DNA of 64,000 nucleotides from Mobula hypostoma (lineage: Eukaryota), in assembly GCF_963921235.1 (NCBI RefSeq), contig NC_086109.1, positions 9,302,001 through 9,366,000 of the forward strand. Direction: 5' to 3'. Positions 62,238-64,000 of this stretch are shown piece after piece (position 1 is the first letter of the stretch; the number at the start of each line of letters is the position of its first letter). Both the position numbers and the translations under genes were made by a program. The notes beneath the pieces were generated by a model that did not search any database, had not been told where the DNA came from, and worked only from the letters and a program-made list of their open reading frames with translations.

Positions 62238-63149
62238 GTAAGTTGTGTTTTGACGATCACTCCAGTGGATCTTGGGAGGGATAGAGTCCAAGTTAAAGGT
62301 AGTGAATGAGTTTTCCTTTTGAAAAAACTTGTGTCAAGAAATTTGATTTTATAATCGTTTAAAATATCATGCTTTGAATAAAATAATCTGCATGCATTTT
62401 GTTATTTTAATTATTTAGGAAAATAGTTATCTAGCAAACACTTGCAGCTATAATTTATATACAGTATGTAGGGACATCTCTACATCTACTGATTGGCAAT
62501 GAATTAGAAAGCAGGAGACATCTTAAAGATAAAGAGTTGGTTCCTGATTGGGAATGTGGAATGAAGCATTTTGTTGTGGATTTTTAAATGAATTGGGCTG
62601 AATATTAACTGATAATGTCTGTGGCAAATTGGTGTTGTCGATCAAATCTGGAGAAGCAATGATGCAAGGTGGAGATGTTTGGAAATCCCAAAAAAAGGGC
62701 CAGGATGCCTGAAGATCTGTCTCCTTGAAAATTTGATTTGTTTTCAAATTATTTCAAAGAAAGTCATGCATCTGACAACACATACAAAATGTTGGAGGAA
62801 CTCAGCAGGCCAGGCAGCATCCATGGAGAGGAATAAATAGTTGACATTTTGGGCTAAGACCCTTCATCAGCACTTGACTGTTTATTCCTCTCCGTAGACA
62901 GCGTAATGACAGGTCTCAGCCCGAAATGTTGACTGTTTATTCTCCTCCACTGATACTGCCTAACCTGAGTTCCTCTGGCATTTTGTATGTGTTAATCCAG
63001 ATTTCCAGCATCTGCAGAATCTTCTGTGTTTATGTTTTGGTACATCTGACAAGCTTGGTTCTGTACCATAGAATTACTTTAATAGTATAAAACAAAACTT
63101 TTGAATTGTTGGCTTCCGTGTACATACATGTACATATGCTTTTACTAGC

Positions 63150-64000
63150 AATGGTGGCATGCAGGAACGCAGTGGCTTCTCGGACTCCCAATAATGGTGT
63201 TAGTTTCAAATTCTTAGATCGTGTTTCATAGTTTCTAGTCAGGGATCTCAGTACATAGTGATGCAGAACTCTTGGACAAAATCACTTCTAAGCCACCAGC
63301 AACAGAGTTAGTAGTGGTGATCAATGACTAGGAATTCTTCGGACACCAGACCTGGCCTAGGTGGCTTAGTGCCAGACGCAGGCAGTGTGAAAAGAAGCAG
63401 AAATGTGGCAAGAGAGCTGGGGGAACAAGCTAGGCTGAGAGCTAACCCCACCAGACCGCCACTACCTTCACTTTTCCTGACCAACGTCCACTGGCTGCAA
63501 AACAAAATAAACTCACTGGGATGGAGAATGAACGCACAGAAAGATGAGAAACTGCTGCATTCTGGGTTTGAGTGAAACGTGGTTAAACAAAAACATGCCC
63601 AACCCGGGATGACTGTTCTGCGCAGACGGAAACTCCCTGTTGAGGAAATCCAAAGGAGGTGGAATTGACAAAGCTTGGTGCACAATTCATCTGTAGTTAG
63701 CTGTCACTGCTCAGGGGAAATTGAGTATCTTACAATTAAATGCCAACCACATTCCCTGCTCAAGGAGTTTACTGTTATGTTCACCATCGCTGTCTACATC
63801 CCCTCGAGTATGAACGCCAAGGACACACTGGGAGAGCTTTACAATATGGTTAACTCTGTACAAAACAATCATCCAGACGGTCTCTTCATAGCTGCAGGAG
63901 ACTTCAGTCATGTTACCTGCAGGGCATTTTACACAAATTCCTCCAACATGTCACTGTGGCCACTAGGGAACAAACAGACTGGACCACGTTTCTACAGACG
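63150..64000 (+). mobile_element. Rex1/Babar LINE 5' part with decayed AP endonuclease, running off the window
   Basis: RPPLPSLFLTNVHWLQNK, later YLTIKCQP..AVYIP..HPDGLFIAAGDF, with frameshifts. Confidence 0.8.

Noticed and set aside
1..64000. The several hundred short ORFs in the track as host genes
   Set aside because: They overlap recognisable transposon relics, low-complexity DNA or the antisense of LINEs, and many start at non-ATG codons in a eukaryotic context.
1..64000. CRISPR array, rRNA or prokaryotic operon
   Set aside because: No regularly spaced direct repeats with unique spacers, no rRNA signature and no dense coding structure; repeats are dispersed vertebrate-type transposons.

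Overview
Eukaryotic, very repeat-rich genomic DNA, not prokaryotic. The repeat content (HE1/V-type SINEs, many CR1, Rex1/Babar and Penelope-like fragments) points to a cartilaginous fish, probably a ray; this is inference. Almost all ORFs in the track are spurious or decayed transposon ORFs, and no complete host CDS is visible. Host-like signals are a CpG island at about 49.65-50.5 kb with outward-facing candidate first exons, a cluster of candidate minus-strand micro-exons at 1.8-3.1 kb, and a tRNA-Leu(AAG) pseudogene. The most striking feature is a set of minimal type-I hammerhead ribozyme motifs in the terminal repeats of Penelope-like elements. Three copies are intact and many are decayed, several short copies begin exactly at the ribozyme's 5' edge, and one forms a perfect 39-bp foldback inside a 14-bp target-site duplication (TSD). 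The window also holds several fixed-length non-coding retroposon families, a Chapaev3-type transposon with a TTA TSD, and hAT, Harbinger, Tigger, Tc1, R4, L1 and Gypsy relics, often nested. Family names come from motif recognition by eye, with no database search. Boundaries without a TSD are approximate.
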